DNA of 64,000 bases from Phormidesmis sp. (GTDB lineage Bacteria > Cyanobacteriota > Cyanobacteriia > Leptolyngbyales > Leptolyngbyaceae). The notes under the pieces were generated by a model, which did not search any database, was not told where the DNA came from, and saw only the letters and a list, made by a program, of their open reading frames with translations. The position numbers were made by a program, and so were the translations under genes. How positions within the stretch are numbered: position 1 is the first letter of the stretch; every line of letters begins with the position of its first letter. The stretch covers positions 512,001 to 576,000 of the forward strand of contig CBDFJR010000002.1 in the NCBI GenBank assembly GCA_965248535.1, given 5' to 3'. Positions 1-9,452 of the stretch are shown one piece after another.

Positions 1-680
1 AGCAGAGAAAGCTCGATCGCGCCAATGGGCGTGTTGAGGCGGTCTTTTTTGGCGTGGCGAGAAGGAATATAGTTGCCCGTGCCTTTGCCACCGTCTTGAA
101 TCTGAAGCTGCTCTAAGGTGTCTAGAGTGACGGCCCCGCCGCCCGCCGTGCTGAACCCAGCTTGCCAGGTTGGGCTGTCTAAATCAGGCGTGAGCAGGGT
201 CTGAGTCACGCAGCACTGATGCACCTGAGGCGCAATGCCTGCTAAGACTAATAGCTGAAAAACTCCGTGGCAGAGATGGGCTAACACTTCAGAGGAGGGG
301 GATCGCTCTAACCGCGCTAAATGCTCATTGAGCAGATAGAACAGGTCATCTTGAGGCTGATCGCTAAGGGCCTGTTGCAGGGTCAACTCGGCCAGATATT
401 GCCCGGCGGTGAGCTTTTTGAGATTGCCGCCCAGTTTAGGATGAGACTCTAAGGTTTCTGCTTGGGTGATTTTGTCGAGCGATCGCCCCTTAGCAATCAG
501 CAGATCGTTAACCACAAACAATCCACTCCGACCGCCTAGTTTAGAATTTTGCTTGCGAGCACCGACCGCAACCGCCCGAATCAGGCCAAACTCCCGCGTC
601 AGGACGGTTAGAAGGCGATCTGCCTCCCCAAACGGGATGCTTTTGAGGTTGATTCCGATCGCTTTATAGGTTCGACTCAT
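1..680 (-). CDS. recO: DNA repair protein RecO (3' end runs off the window)
   Basis: Manual minus-strand translation from ATG at 680 gives [55 protein letters not shown], a typical RecO OB-fold N-terminus. Absent from the ORF track because no stop lies in the window. Confidence 0.92.
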   Translation of the reverse strand, partial: MSRTYKAIGINLKSIPFGEADRLLTVLTREFGLIRAVAVGARKQNSKLGGRSGLFVVNDLLIAKGRSLDKITQAETLESHPKLGGNLKKLTAGQYLAELTLQQALSDQPQDDLFYLLNEHLARLERSPSSEVLAHLCHGVFQLLVLAGIAPQVHQCCVTQTLLTPDLDSPTWQAGFSTAGGGAVTLDTLEQLQIQDGGKGTGNYIPSRHAKKDRLNTPIGAIELSL

Positions 681-719
681 CGATTCTTAGCTCTCCAAGG
701 GGCGGGTCGAAGCCCTTTC

Positions 720-1400
720 TTATTGGTCTTTATCTAGGTTATCGCGCTGACGAATCAAATCGGGGCCGCGAGAAGTGCCGAGCCGAGTTGCGCCAGCCAA
801 AACTAATTCTAGAGCCTGATCTACCGTGCGAATTCCACCCGAAGCCTTAATTCCGACCCGATCGTTGGCGATATCTTTGAGCAATCGCACATCGGCGATC
901 GTGGCTCCTCCATTCCAGCCTGTGCTGGTTTTGAGAAAACTTGCGCCTGCATCCATGCAAATCTCGGCAGCGATGCGCTTTTCTGGCTCGGTTAGCAGCG
1001 ACATTTCTAAAATCGCTTTGATCACTAGCCCGGTTGCGTCTCTGATCTCCGCTAGTTCTCGATGCACGGCTTCGATGTTTCCAGCTTTGAGCCAGCCTAA
1101 ATTAATCACCACATCTAGCTCTTCGGCTCCATTTTCGGTAGCTTCTTGCGCCTCGTGCAGCTTGACGCTTGAGGTGGTTGCCCCTAGGGGAAAGCCAATC
1201 ACCGTGCAGACTTTGGGGCGTTTGTTGTGCAGATATTCGGCTGCCTGCCGAACGTGGATGGGATTGATGCACACCGCCGCAAAATTAAAGCGATCGGCAT
1301 CGTCACACCATTGCTCAACCTGCTCAGGGGTAGCAATCGGACTCAGCAAAGCGTGGTCAATAAACGGTGCCAAATCGATTTCGCGATGAGTTGCAGCCAC
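720..1400 (-). CDS. deoC: Deoxyribose-phosphate aldolase
   Basis: IDHALL, VIGFPLG, FLKTSTG and IKASGGIR motifs. Likely start is GTG at 1400; the ORF track extends to 1442. Confidence 0.95.
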   Translation of the reverse strand: MAATHREIDLAPFIDHALLSPIATPEQVEQWCDDADRFNFAAVCINPIHVRQAAEYLHNKRPKVCTVIGFPLGATTSSVKLHEAQEATENGAEELDVVINLGWLKAGNIEAVHRELAEIRDATGLVIKAILEMSLLTEPEKRIAAEICMDAGASFLKTSTGWNGGATIADVRLLKDIANDRVGIKASGGIRTVDQALELVLAGATRLGTSRGPDLIRQRDNLDKDQ

Positions 1401-1508
1401 TGGGTCTCCTCTGGGCAATGTGCGCGATCGCTCATCTTTCACTATCTATTAAAAAGCGACCGATGCTCCGCTTTCTCTCAGGTGTCTTGATCGTGGTTCC
1501 CAAAATAG

Positions 1509-1551
1509 AGTCCGCTCTTTGGGGGTTGTGCATCCCGACAAAGAGCGGACT
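1509..1551 (-). terminator. Probable intrinsic terminator of the 1619-1885 gene
   Basis: Perfect 13-bp inverted repeat agtccgctctttg/caaagagcggact, followed on the minus strand by ctatttt. Confidence 0.6.
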
Positions 1552-1618
1552 GTTAGACGACTTGCCTGGGTACGATCGTGTGATTACGTAGACGCTGATG
1601 ATTTTGAGGGTTGAGTGT

Positions 1619-1885
1619 TTAACGAGTTCCTGTTCCACCTGTGCTGTGGGGGGCTGGGTTAGGCTCTGGGTGAAACTCGGCCGTATTAGATAAGGTCGCC
1701 TCGTCTGAAGATCGCACCCCTCTGTTACCTTCTATAAAGTTGGGTTTTAACTCTGAAGCAGGATGAAAGCTTTGAGTAAAATTACTGACGCTTTGACTGT
1801 AACCATAGACCCCGATCGCTCCCAGCAGCACTAGCCCGGTCGCGATCGTCATTTTGATAGCAAGGCTTGAAAAGGTATTTATCAT
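1619..1885 (-). CDS. Small secreted/membrane-anchored protein ending in PxPxPxxTGGTGTR
   Basis: 88-aa ORF with an N-terminal hydrophobic segment (TIATGLVLLGAIGVYG), a Pro/Gly-rich C-terminus, an upstream aggtga RBS-like sequence and a downstream hairpin. Confidence 0.65.
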   Translation of the reverse strand: MINTFSSLAIKMTIATGLVLLGAIGVYGYSQSVSNFTQSFHPASELKPNFIEGNRGVRSSDEATLSNTAEFHPEPNPAPHSTGGTGTR

Positions 1886-2835
1886 TTAAATCACCTGGAA
1901 TAGAGCAGCAAGCGAATAAATCTCGTAACTTATCTTAAAGAAGGTTGCTAGTAATATTACGGGGGCTTTACGAAGATTTACTGACCTTACAAATACGCAA
2001 CTTAATACTACTGGTATTTATACGCAAAAAACAGTCTTTTGGAAAGGTTTCAAAGGGCTAGAACCCCTCAGCCTTCGCCTCAGCTTGTGGTTTCAACCCG
2101 TAGTTATCCCCCTCTTGACGAGAAAATTTATGGAAATACATCGTACTATACAAATAGACATATATGTTTTCAAAACTTCAGACACTGCTAATATAGTCTT
2201 TATACTTTCTTAAGAATGATCTTCACGCATTCTTAAGAAATCAGGGTTTCAACGGATCTTTGTCAGTATCAGTGGGACTACTCAGTTGAGAAGTGGCGAA
2301 GCAAAAGCAGTCCGAGGATCGCGCCTCCCCTGCCAGGGACAAAGCCAGAATCTGCCTCAACTCGGAGCGATCGCTTACAAAATCTGCCCAACGTTAGCGA
2401 GATTGCTGCGGATAGCAAGCATACTCCAGTGCGGTCAACTTAATTAAATCGGCTCTAGAACCTAGCGAAATCTCTCAATGGTTAGAGATCGGTTGTTCAG
2501 CGATCGCCACCGTTTTGTCGGTCTAACCCCGCGTCAGGTCGTGATTTTTGGCAACTGCTCCAGGGAATTTTGCCGAATTCCCATTCACCCCAGTTTGGAC
2601 TCTGCCAGCCCACTGCTTGGCGCTACATCGGCAGCGACTCCTTTTCCTGAGCAAACCCGGAATTGATCAGGGTTTTGCACCCTTTGCTGATCAATTGTTG
2701 AGATTTGGATCAGGATTTTGATCGCGAGAGCCTACTTTGTTAAGCTCTGTTTCAACTTAGCGAGACTCCTAGCAATCGAACCGAAGCTCCGTGATACCAT
2801 TCATTTCGTAGCTTTTAGAGAATGGGAGAAAACCT

Positions 2836-4059
2836 TTGGCACTAAGGGTTGCAGTGGTTGGTGGAGGTCCGGCTGGGTCGTCTGCGGCTGAGATCTTAGC
2901 AAAAGCGGGAATTGAAACGTTTCTGATCGAACGCAAATTAGATAACGTCAAACCCTGTGGTGGTGCGATTCCTCTCTGTATGGTGAGCGAGTTTGACTTG
3001 CCCGATCGCATCATCGATCGCAAGGTGCGAAAGATGAAAATGATCTCTCCTTCTAATGTAGAGGTCAACATCGGTGGCACGCTCAAAAATGACGAATATA
3101 TCGGGATGTGCCGTCGTGAAGTTTTAGACGGGTTTTTGCGCGATCGGGCGATTTCCTACGGTGCGGTGCTGATCAATGGCACGATGCACAAGCTAGAGAT
3201 TCCGACGAGCAGCAAAGGAGCCTACACGCTGCACTATGCCGATCACTCTGACGGCAGCCTAGAAGGAACTGCTAAAACGCTGCAAGTCGATCTCGTGATC
3301 GGCGCAGATGGCGCAAACTCTCGCGTTGCCAAAGCGATCGATGCGGGCGATTATCGCTATGCGATCGCCTTCCAAGAGCGGATTCGGCTCCCCGACGACA
3401 AAATGGCCTACTACGAAGATCTGGCCGAAATGTATGTCGGCGATGATGTCTCGACGGATTTTTACGCTTGGGTTTTCCCCAAATATGATCACGTCGCCGT
3501 TGGCACTGGCACCATGTCACCCAACAAAGCCGACATCAAAAAACTCCAGGCCGGAATTCGCGCCCGCGCAGCCGCCAAACTCCGCGGTGGCAAAATCATT
3601 CGGGTCGAAGCGCATCCCATCCCTGAGCATCCCAGACCTCGCCGCGTCGTCGGTCGGGTGGCCCTGGTTGGAGATGCGGCTGGAACCGTGACTAAATCAT
3701 CGGGTGAAGGCATTTATTTTGCGGCTAAGTCGGCGCGAATGTGTGCCGAAGCGATCGTAGAGTTTTCTGAAAACGGCAGCAAGATTCCGACTGAGGCAGA
3801 TCTCAAGGTCTACATCAAACGGTGGGATCGGCAATATGGCATCACCTATAAAGTGTTAGACATTTTGCAGACGGTTTTCTATCGCTCAGATGCCACGCGT
3901 GAAGCCTTTGTTGAGATGTGCTCTGATCTCGATGTGCAAAAGCTAACGTTTGATAGCTATCTCTATAAGACGGTGGTTCCGGCTAATCCTCTGGTGCAGC
4001 TAAAAATCACGGCTAAGACGATCGGCAGTCTGATTCGTGGCAATGCTCTAGCACCTTAA
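2836..4059 (+). CDS. chlP: Geranylgeranyl reductase
   Basis: VAVVGGGPAG FAD motif, KPCGGAIP, ALVGDAAG..SSGEGIYFA, C-terminal GNALAP. Confidence 0.96.
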   Translation: MALRVAVVGGGPAGSSAAEILAKAGIETFLIERKLDNVKPCGGAIPLCMVSEFDLPDRIIDRKVRKMKMISPSNVEVNIGGTLKNDEYIGMCRREVLDGFLRDRAISYGAVLINGTMHKLEIPTSSKGAYTLHYADHSDGSLEGTAKTLQVDLVIGADGANSRVAKAIDAGDYRYAIAFQERIRLPDDKMAYYEDLAEMYVGDDVSTDFYAWVFPKYDHVAVGTGTMSPNKADIKKLQAGIRARAAAKLRGGKIIRVEAHPIPEHPRPRRVVGRVALVGDAAGTVTKSSGEGIYFAAKSARMCAEAIVEFSENGSKIPTEADLKVYIKRWDRQYGITYKVLDILQTVFYRSDATREAFVEMCSDLDVQKLTFDSYLYKTVVPANPLVQLKITAKTIGSLIRGNALAP

Positions 4060-4142
4060 CGCGGGATTGCGTTTTTTGTAAGCGATCGCTCCATGCTGCT
4101 TAACCCAGTGTGGGGCGATTGTTGTTTATGGATGATGCGATC

Positions 4143-5126
4143 ATGATTTCTTCAGTCAGCATTCCAAAGATCATTCTCGACACTGATCCCGGTGGAGACG
4201 ATATTTTTGCGCTTTTGTGGGTGCAAAGTTTGGTCAATCAAGGGTTGGCAGACCTGATCGCTATCACGGCCACGGCGGGCAACGTCTCCGCTCACAAGAC
4301 GTTTTCTAATGTCAGTCAGATTCTCAACTTGGTGGGGTCAGCCCCGATCGAGGTCGGCCAAGGAGTCTCTCTCGATCGCGACGCTAGCGACGATGCGGCC
4401 CACATTCACGGCAGCGATGGCATGGGCAACTTATCAAAGACGCTGCCACCGCCAACCCACGACTATCAAACCGCCCGCTATGCCGATGAGATTTTGATCG
4501 ACAAACTCACGCTTATGCCGGGAGAAATCACGCTGGTGGCGATCGGGCCTCTCACCAACTTGGCCGCCGCCGAAAAAAAGAGTCCGGGCATTCTCAAAAG
4601 AGCTAAAGAAATTGTGATCATGGGTGGCGGATTCTTCTGTCCTGGCAATGTCACCCCCCAAGCAGAATTTAACATCTGGTTTAACGCCGAAGCTGCCGAT
4701 GTGGTGTTGTCCAGTCGCGATGATGTGGTGATCCTGCCCCTGGATGTTACGAGAAATCTGATTTTCACACGAGAAATGGTGCAGACGATCGCTCCCCTTT
4801 CTTCAGCCAACGACAAGACTATTTTCATCAATCGTCTTTGCGAGTTTATGATCACCACCGCGATCGCTTATCGAGAAACCAACGGAGTTTCAGGATTTTT
4901 AGTCCACGATGCGGCCACGATCGGCTATTTGTTCTACCCCGAAACGCTGTTGATCAGCAGAGCCAGAGTTTGCATTGAGACGCGGGGTGAATGGACTCGC
5001 GGACAAACGGTAATCGATCGCCGAGGCGGAGCTAAACAGAGTGCAAATGCTTGGGTCGCGATGCAGGTTGACTCAACAGGATTTTTTGCCCGATTTATTG
5101 AAGATTTAAAGACGCTAGTGAGATAG
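4143..5126 (+). CDS. Inosine/uridine-preferring nucleoside hydrolase
   Basis: IILDTDPGGDD, HIHGSDGMG, IGPLTNLA, AEFNIW and VHD motifs. Start uncertain (4110-4143). Confidence 0.92.
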   Translation: MISSVSIPKIILDTDPGGDDIFALLWVQSLVNQGLADLIAITATAGNVSAHKTFSNVSQILNLVGSAPIEVGQGVSLDRDASDDAAHIHGSDGMGNLSKTLPPPTHDYQTARYADEILIDKLTLMPGEITLVAIGPLTNLAAAEKKSPGILKRAKEIVIMGGGFFCPGNVTPQAEFNIWFNAEAADVVLSSRDDVVILPLDVTRNLIFTREMVQTIAPLSSANDKTIFINRLCEFMITTAIAYRETNGVSGFLVHDAATIGYLFYPETLLISRARVCIETRGEWTRGQTVIDRRGGAKQSANAWVAMQVDSTGFFARFIEDLKTLVR

Positions 5127-5197
5127 CGAGCAACACCTGCTCAAATCGAACTGTAAACTGAGAGAAAGTCAAGACAGTGATCAGGAAACTGAAAGCA

Positions 5198-5440
5198 ATG
5201 GATGCAGTCACCTTACGCGCTCATTTCGACGGTCAAAAAATTTGTTTAGATGAACCGTTTGAAATGGAGTTAGACGCAGAACTGATTGTCATGGTGTTGC
5301 CAAAGCGATCGTTGAGCGAAGAGCGGGCAGATTGGGCCAGGTTCTCTCAGCAAAGTTTAGAGGCTGCCTACGGAGCAGATGAACCGGACTACTCACTAGG
5401 CCAAATTAAAACACCAAATCCTGAGTATGAAGAAGGGTGA
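5198..5440 (+). CDS. Small acidic protein, probable antitoxin-type partner of a PemK/MazF toxin
   Basis: TLRAHFDG..ICLDEP...W...S...L..AYG.DEPDY pattern; its 3' end overlaps the ATG of a PemK-like start. Confidence 0.6.
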   Translation: MDAVTLRAHFDGQKICLDEPFEMELDAELIVMVLPKRSLSEERADWARFSQQSLEAAYGADEPDYSLGQIKTPNPEYEEG

Positions 5441-5519
5441 TGTCGTTTTAGCGCCCCTTCAGCAAGCTGATCTCGGAAACGTTTTTCTTAAAGATAAATG
5501 TCAAACATTGTTGTTTTGA
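5427..5519 (+). pseudogene. Truncated PemK/MazF-type toxin (about the first 15 codons)
   Basis: MKKGDVVLAPLQQAD matches the PemK N-terminal GDVV..P strand, then degenerates into AT-rich sequence and stops at 5519 before the expected K.RP motif. Confidence 0.6.
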
Positions 5520-5803
5520 TACATTTTCCAGCCTCCTCTAAACCAGCTTATATGATGAGGTTGATCAGACCCACTACCAGCATTTCAACTCAGGGTGATG
5601 TAGCTTTTGCAGATGGGGATTACCCAAACGGGTACTGTCAACGTTGGTTAAATGCTTGAGAATTATTGGTATCAGACTTTACTCCCTGAAATCGTCATCA
5701 CTGAATCGATTAATCCATAACCTTGTTCACGATCGAGGGATTGGGAACGCGAATGGTTCATCCATCAGCAGCAATTTGCTAATGGAGACTCAAGTGAAAA
5801 CTC

Positions 5804-6388
5804 ATGGCAAACCTGCAATCTATTCACGCCGTTGGTGAATCGCTGCGGAACTACTTGCGGAATACCTATCCGTCTAGTGCTTTCGCGGGTCTGCCAACCT
5901 TTGATATTCAACTAATCTCTAGCGGTGAGTTAGCCACCCGCGACGAGCCAACTAATACGCTGTCGCTGTTTCTGCATCGCGTCACGGTAAATGAGCACCT
6001 GCGAAGCAGCAGACTCAACCATTCAACTCAAATCGGCATCCCTTTGTCGGTCGATTTGCACTATCTGATGACCGTTTGGGCAGACAGCGCCCTAGCAGAA
6101 CACCTCGTTTTAGCCTGGGCAATGCGGCAGTTTCACACCCGCTCAATTTTAGATGCGTCTTCGCTCTCGCCCGAAGCTGGATGGCAGCCAGACGACACGA
6201 TTCAACTCATTCCCGTCGATTTGAGCAATGAGGATATTATGCGAATCTGGGATCGGTTAAAGCCGTCTTATCGCCTGAGTGTGGCTTATGTAGCCAGAGT
6301 TGTGAGCATTGAGGCTGATAGCCAAGAGGCAGGTCGCCCCGTGGTGGCAACGCGGTTTAATGTGGACGATCGAGAGGCGCTGCCATGA
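5804..6388 (+). CDS. Pvc16/Afp16-like cap/terminator protein (DUF4255)
   Basis: LSLFLHRVTVNEHLR, LSVDLHYLMT and IWDRLKPSYRLSVAYVARVV are typical of DUF4255; first gene of the cluster. Confidence 0.85.
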   Translation: MANLQSIHAVGESLRNYLRNTYPSSAFAGLPTFDIQLISSGELATRDEPTNTLSLFLHRVTVNEHLRSSRLNHSTQIGIPLSVDLHYLMTVWADSALAEHLVLAWAMRQFHTRSILDASSLSPEAGWQPDDTIQLIPVDLSNEDIMRIWDRLKPSYRLSVAYVARVVSIEADSQEAGRPVVATRFNVDDREALP

Positions 6389-7179
6389 CGCTGGTTCAGG
6401 TCGATCGCCGAGTGTTAGGAGCCATTCAACTCGTCAATGCCACGACGGGAGCGCCGATTCAACGACGGTTGCAGGTGAGCGGGCGCAATGTGCACTTAGT
6501 GTGGAATCGTGGCGGTTACGCGGTGATTTATGCCGCAGACGGGCTGCAAGCCTATAGCGAAAGCTTTCTAGCACCTGCAAGTCCGGCTTTGGCAACGGTA
6601 TCTATTCAAGTGAGCGTCATCGACCCCGAAGGACAGTATCTGCCTCGACAGGTGACGATCAAACTGCCTCGTGATTCTGATTCCACTAAAGCCACTGCTG
6701 TCGATTCTTTGTTTCAGCCGATTCGGGTTGCGGTGTATCGATCGCCTGCGGCTCAAGTGGCATCGGGTTGGGCGGTGATTCGGGCGACGGTGCTTGATAA
6801 AACCACCAGCCAGCGCCTACCGTGGGCATTGATTCGCGTCGTGCAATCCTCTCCGGCTAAGGTAACGCTTAGTTTAGCCGATTGGCGCGGTGAAGCATTA
6901 ATTAGCGTTTCTGGAATCCCAGTTACAACGCCTGGTGCAGGGGTGGGTGCCGTCTTAGTGAATGAGATTGATGTCACGTTAGAGATTGTTTTTAATCCAC
7001 TTTTAATAACCATTCCGATCGCGTCTGATCTATCGACGTTAACCGATCCCAATGCTGGCTATGTGCCCGATCCTGATGATTTAGACACTCGGCGGGCCAG
7101 CCTACGATCGGGCAGTCTTCCCTACAAACTCGCCTCTGGTCGCGATCGTGCAGACACGTTAGCCGTCACCTTGGCTTAA
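6385..7179 (+). CDS. Beta-rich CIS accessory protein (possible cap adaptor, carboxypeptidase-regulatory-like fold)
   Basis: ATGA overlap with the DUF4255 gene; beta-strand-rich sequence; lies between cap and sheath. Confidence 0.55.
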   Translation: MTLVQVDRRVLGAIQLVNATTGAPIQRRLQVSGRNVHLVWNRGGYAVIYAADGLQAYSESFLAPASPALATVSIQVSVIDPEGQYLPRQVTIKLPRDSDSTKATAVDSLFQPIRVAVYRSPAAQVASGWAVIRATVLDKTTSQRLPWALIRVVQSSPAKVTLSLADWRGEALISVSGIPVTTPGAGVGAVLVNEIDVTLEIVFNPLLITIPIASDLSTLTDPNAGYVPDPDDLDTRRASLRSGSLPYKLASGRDRADTLAVTLA

Positions 7180-7206
7180 TTCCTCGTTTTTATAAGGAGA
7201 AACCCA

Positions 7207-8925
7207 GTGCCCGAATATTTAGCTCCCGGTGTGTATGTCGAAGAAACCAGCTTCCGCGCAAATTCCATCTCAGGCGCAGGAACCAGCACCACCGCGTTTG
7301 TAGGAACCACCCTCAAAGGCCCTGTTGGCGGCGTTCCAGAATTGATCACCAGCTTTGGTGAGTTTGAGCGCCTCTATGGTGGGTTAGACGACCTCAACGG
7401 CAAGACCAACTACATCGCCCATGCGGTGCGCGTTTTCTTCGACAACGGCGGCTCTCGTCTCTATGTCTCTCGCGTCGTCTCTGGCAGCGCAACGGCGGCT
7501 CAATCGGCTGATCTGCTCACTAGCGCGACGGATGAAGCGCGATTTGTGGCGCGGTTTAAGGGCGATGGTGGCAATGGCGAAGTCTTGCTCTATCAAAAAG
7601 AAACTCCTGTCAGCGTGGGCACGATCGCCAACGCCCCGTTAGGCAGTATTTTGCGAGTCAAAGCGGCTGACAGCAAATATTATCTCAAACAGGCCAATCT
7701 CAAAGCGGCAGGCGATTGGAAAGACTCGGCAGATGCTGCTTTGACCGATGCCATTTTAGGGACAAATCCCGCTCCTCAGCTAGATCTACTGACGCTGATG
7801 GTGGTGACTCGCGATCTCAGCGGCAGTGAAACCAGCTATGAAGACTTGGGATTTGATGCCAAACATCCCCGTTGGGTGGGCAGCGTTTTGTCTTCTCAGC
7901 CCAATCGTCGCACTGATGCGTTAACTAATCTCTTTGCAATTACCGTTACGCCCACTACTGTGACAGGTCTTGCGTTGCGCGAAGGATTATTTGCAGCGTC
8001 TATTCAACCGCAAAAAGTTTCTCTATCGGGTGGAACTAGTGGAGGCGATCCCGGCGTTGACGATTATAAAGCGGCGCTGAAACAGCTTGAATCATTAGAA
8101 GATATCTCGATCGTGGCCGCTCCGGGTCACTCAGCGTTAGCCGAGACGTTATTTCTAGGCATTCAGCAAGAGCTATTGACCTTTGTGTCTCGGCGACGGG
8201 CTTATCAAATTGCAGTGCTGGATACGCCACCCAATCAAAGCCTGAATGATGCGCGAACGGTGCGGAGTCGCCTCGATTCTTCCTATGCCGCTCTCTATTA
8301 TCCGTGGGTGGTCGTTGCCAATCCGCAAGCCCGATCGGGCAGTGCCGCCCTTGCCGAATTAACGCTGCCCCCGTCTGGTTTTCTGTGCGGCATCTATGGG
8401 CGCAATGACGTAGAGCGCGGTGTTTATAAAGCGCCTGCGAATGAGATCGTGCGCGGTGCAATTCGATTTGAGACGCAGATTAACTTTGCTCAACAAGAAG
8501 TTCTCAATCCTTTAGGGATTAACTGTCTGCGGTTTTTCCCTGGTCGGGGCTATCGCGTTTGGGGTGCCCGCACGATCAGTTCTGACTCGAACTGGAAGTA
8601 TGTCAACATCCGCCGTTACTTTAATTATCTAGAATCGTCGATCGATCGCAGCACTCAAAATCTGGTGTTTGAGCCGAATGGCGAACGCCTCTGGGCAAAT
8701 GTCCGCGATACGATTTCGGCGTTTCTCTATAGCGAATGGGTGTCAGGCGCACTGCTCGGCAGCAGCTATCAAGAAGCCTATTTTGTGCGATGCGATCGCA
8801 GCACCATGACGCAGCAAGATCTCGACGAAGGCAGGCTGATTTGTCTGATCGGGGTAGCAGCGATTAAACCTGCTGAATTTGTGATCTTCCGCATTGGTCA
8901 AAAAACGGCTGATTCTCGCGGTTAA
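7207..8925 (+). CDS. Contractile tail sheath protein (major)
   Basis: MPEYLAPGVYVEE start; YAALYYPWV, LPPSGF, KAPANE, VWGARTI, WKYVNIRR, VFEPN and KPAEFVIFRI motifs; aaggag RBS. Confidence 0.96.
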   Translation: MPEYLAPGVYVEETSFRANSISGAGTSTTAFVGTTLKGPVGGVPELITSFGEFERLYGGLDDLNGKTNYIAHAVRVFFDNGGSRLYVSRVVSGSATAAQSADLLTSATDEARFVARFKGDGGNGEVLLYQKETPVSVGTIANAPLGSILRVKAADSKYYLKQANLKAAGDWKDSADAALTDAILGTNPAPQLDLLTLMVVTRDLSGSETSYEDLGFDAKHPRWVGSVLSSQPNRRTDALTNLFAITVTPTTVTGLALREGLFAASIQPQKVSLSGGTSGGDPGVDDYKAALKQLESLEDISIVAAPGHSALAETLFLGIQQELLTFVSRRRAYQIAVLDTPPNQSLNDARTVRSRLDSSYAALYYPWVVVANPQARSGSAALAELTLPPSGFLCGIYGRNDVERGVYKAPANEIVRGAIRFETQINFAQQEVLNPLGINCLRFFPGRGYRVWGARTISSDSNWKYVNIRRYFNYLESSIDRSTQNLVFEPNGERLWANVRDTISAFLYSEWVSGALLGSSYQEAYFVRCDRSTMTQQDLDEGRLICLIGVAAIKPAEFVIFRIGQKTADSRG

Positions 8926-8975
8926 CGTTTGCTTTTTGAATGGACTGACCCTCGACATCCTTTGGAGAATTTCTT

Positions 8976-9452
8976 ATGTCCGATCGTACTTTTCCCTATA
9001 GTGCCTTTAACTTTTTGGTCAAATGGGATAACAGCGTTGACCCAACGACTGCACTGGGCGGCTTTTCAGACGTTTCGGGCATCAACACCGAGATGACGAT
9101 GGCCGAATATCGCAACGGCAATGAACTCGAAAATCACGTCCGCAAAGTGCCGGGATTGCACAAAGTGGGTGACGTGACACTCAAGCGCGGCATCATCAAA
9201 TCAACCGACTTTTGGAACTGGATTAACGCAACTCGTCGCACGGGAGTGAATGCAAAACGCGAAGTGATGATCACACTCCAAGATGAATCAGGAAAACCCG
9301 TGCAGTCATGGAAATTACGCGGTGTAGTGCCGATGAAATATACGGGGCCAACGCTGACGGGCAAAGGCGGTGGCGACGTGGCAATGGAAGAATTAGTGCT
9401 TTCAGCAGAAGGCTTGATTTTGGTCGATAGCACCGGGAATGACATCGGATGA
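8976..9452 (+). CDS. Tail tube protein (T4 gp19-like)
   Basis: PYSAFNFLV, GGFSDVSG, EYRNG, VTLKRG, P.KYTGPTL and VAMEELVL motifs. Confidence 0.95.
   Translation: MSDRTFPYSAFNFLVKWDNSVDPTTALGGFSDVSGINTEMTMAEYRNGNELENHVRKVPGLHKVGDVTLKRGIIKSTDFWNWINATRRTGVNAKREVMITLQDESGKPVQSWKLRGVVPMKYTGPTLTGKGGGDVAMEELVLSAEGLILVDSTGNDIG

Noticed and set aside
1619..1885. Calling this gene patX/patS
   Set aside because: It lacks the RGSGR pentapeptide; only the overall layout is similar.
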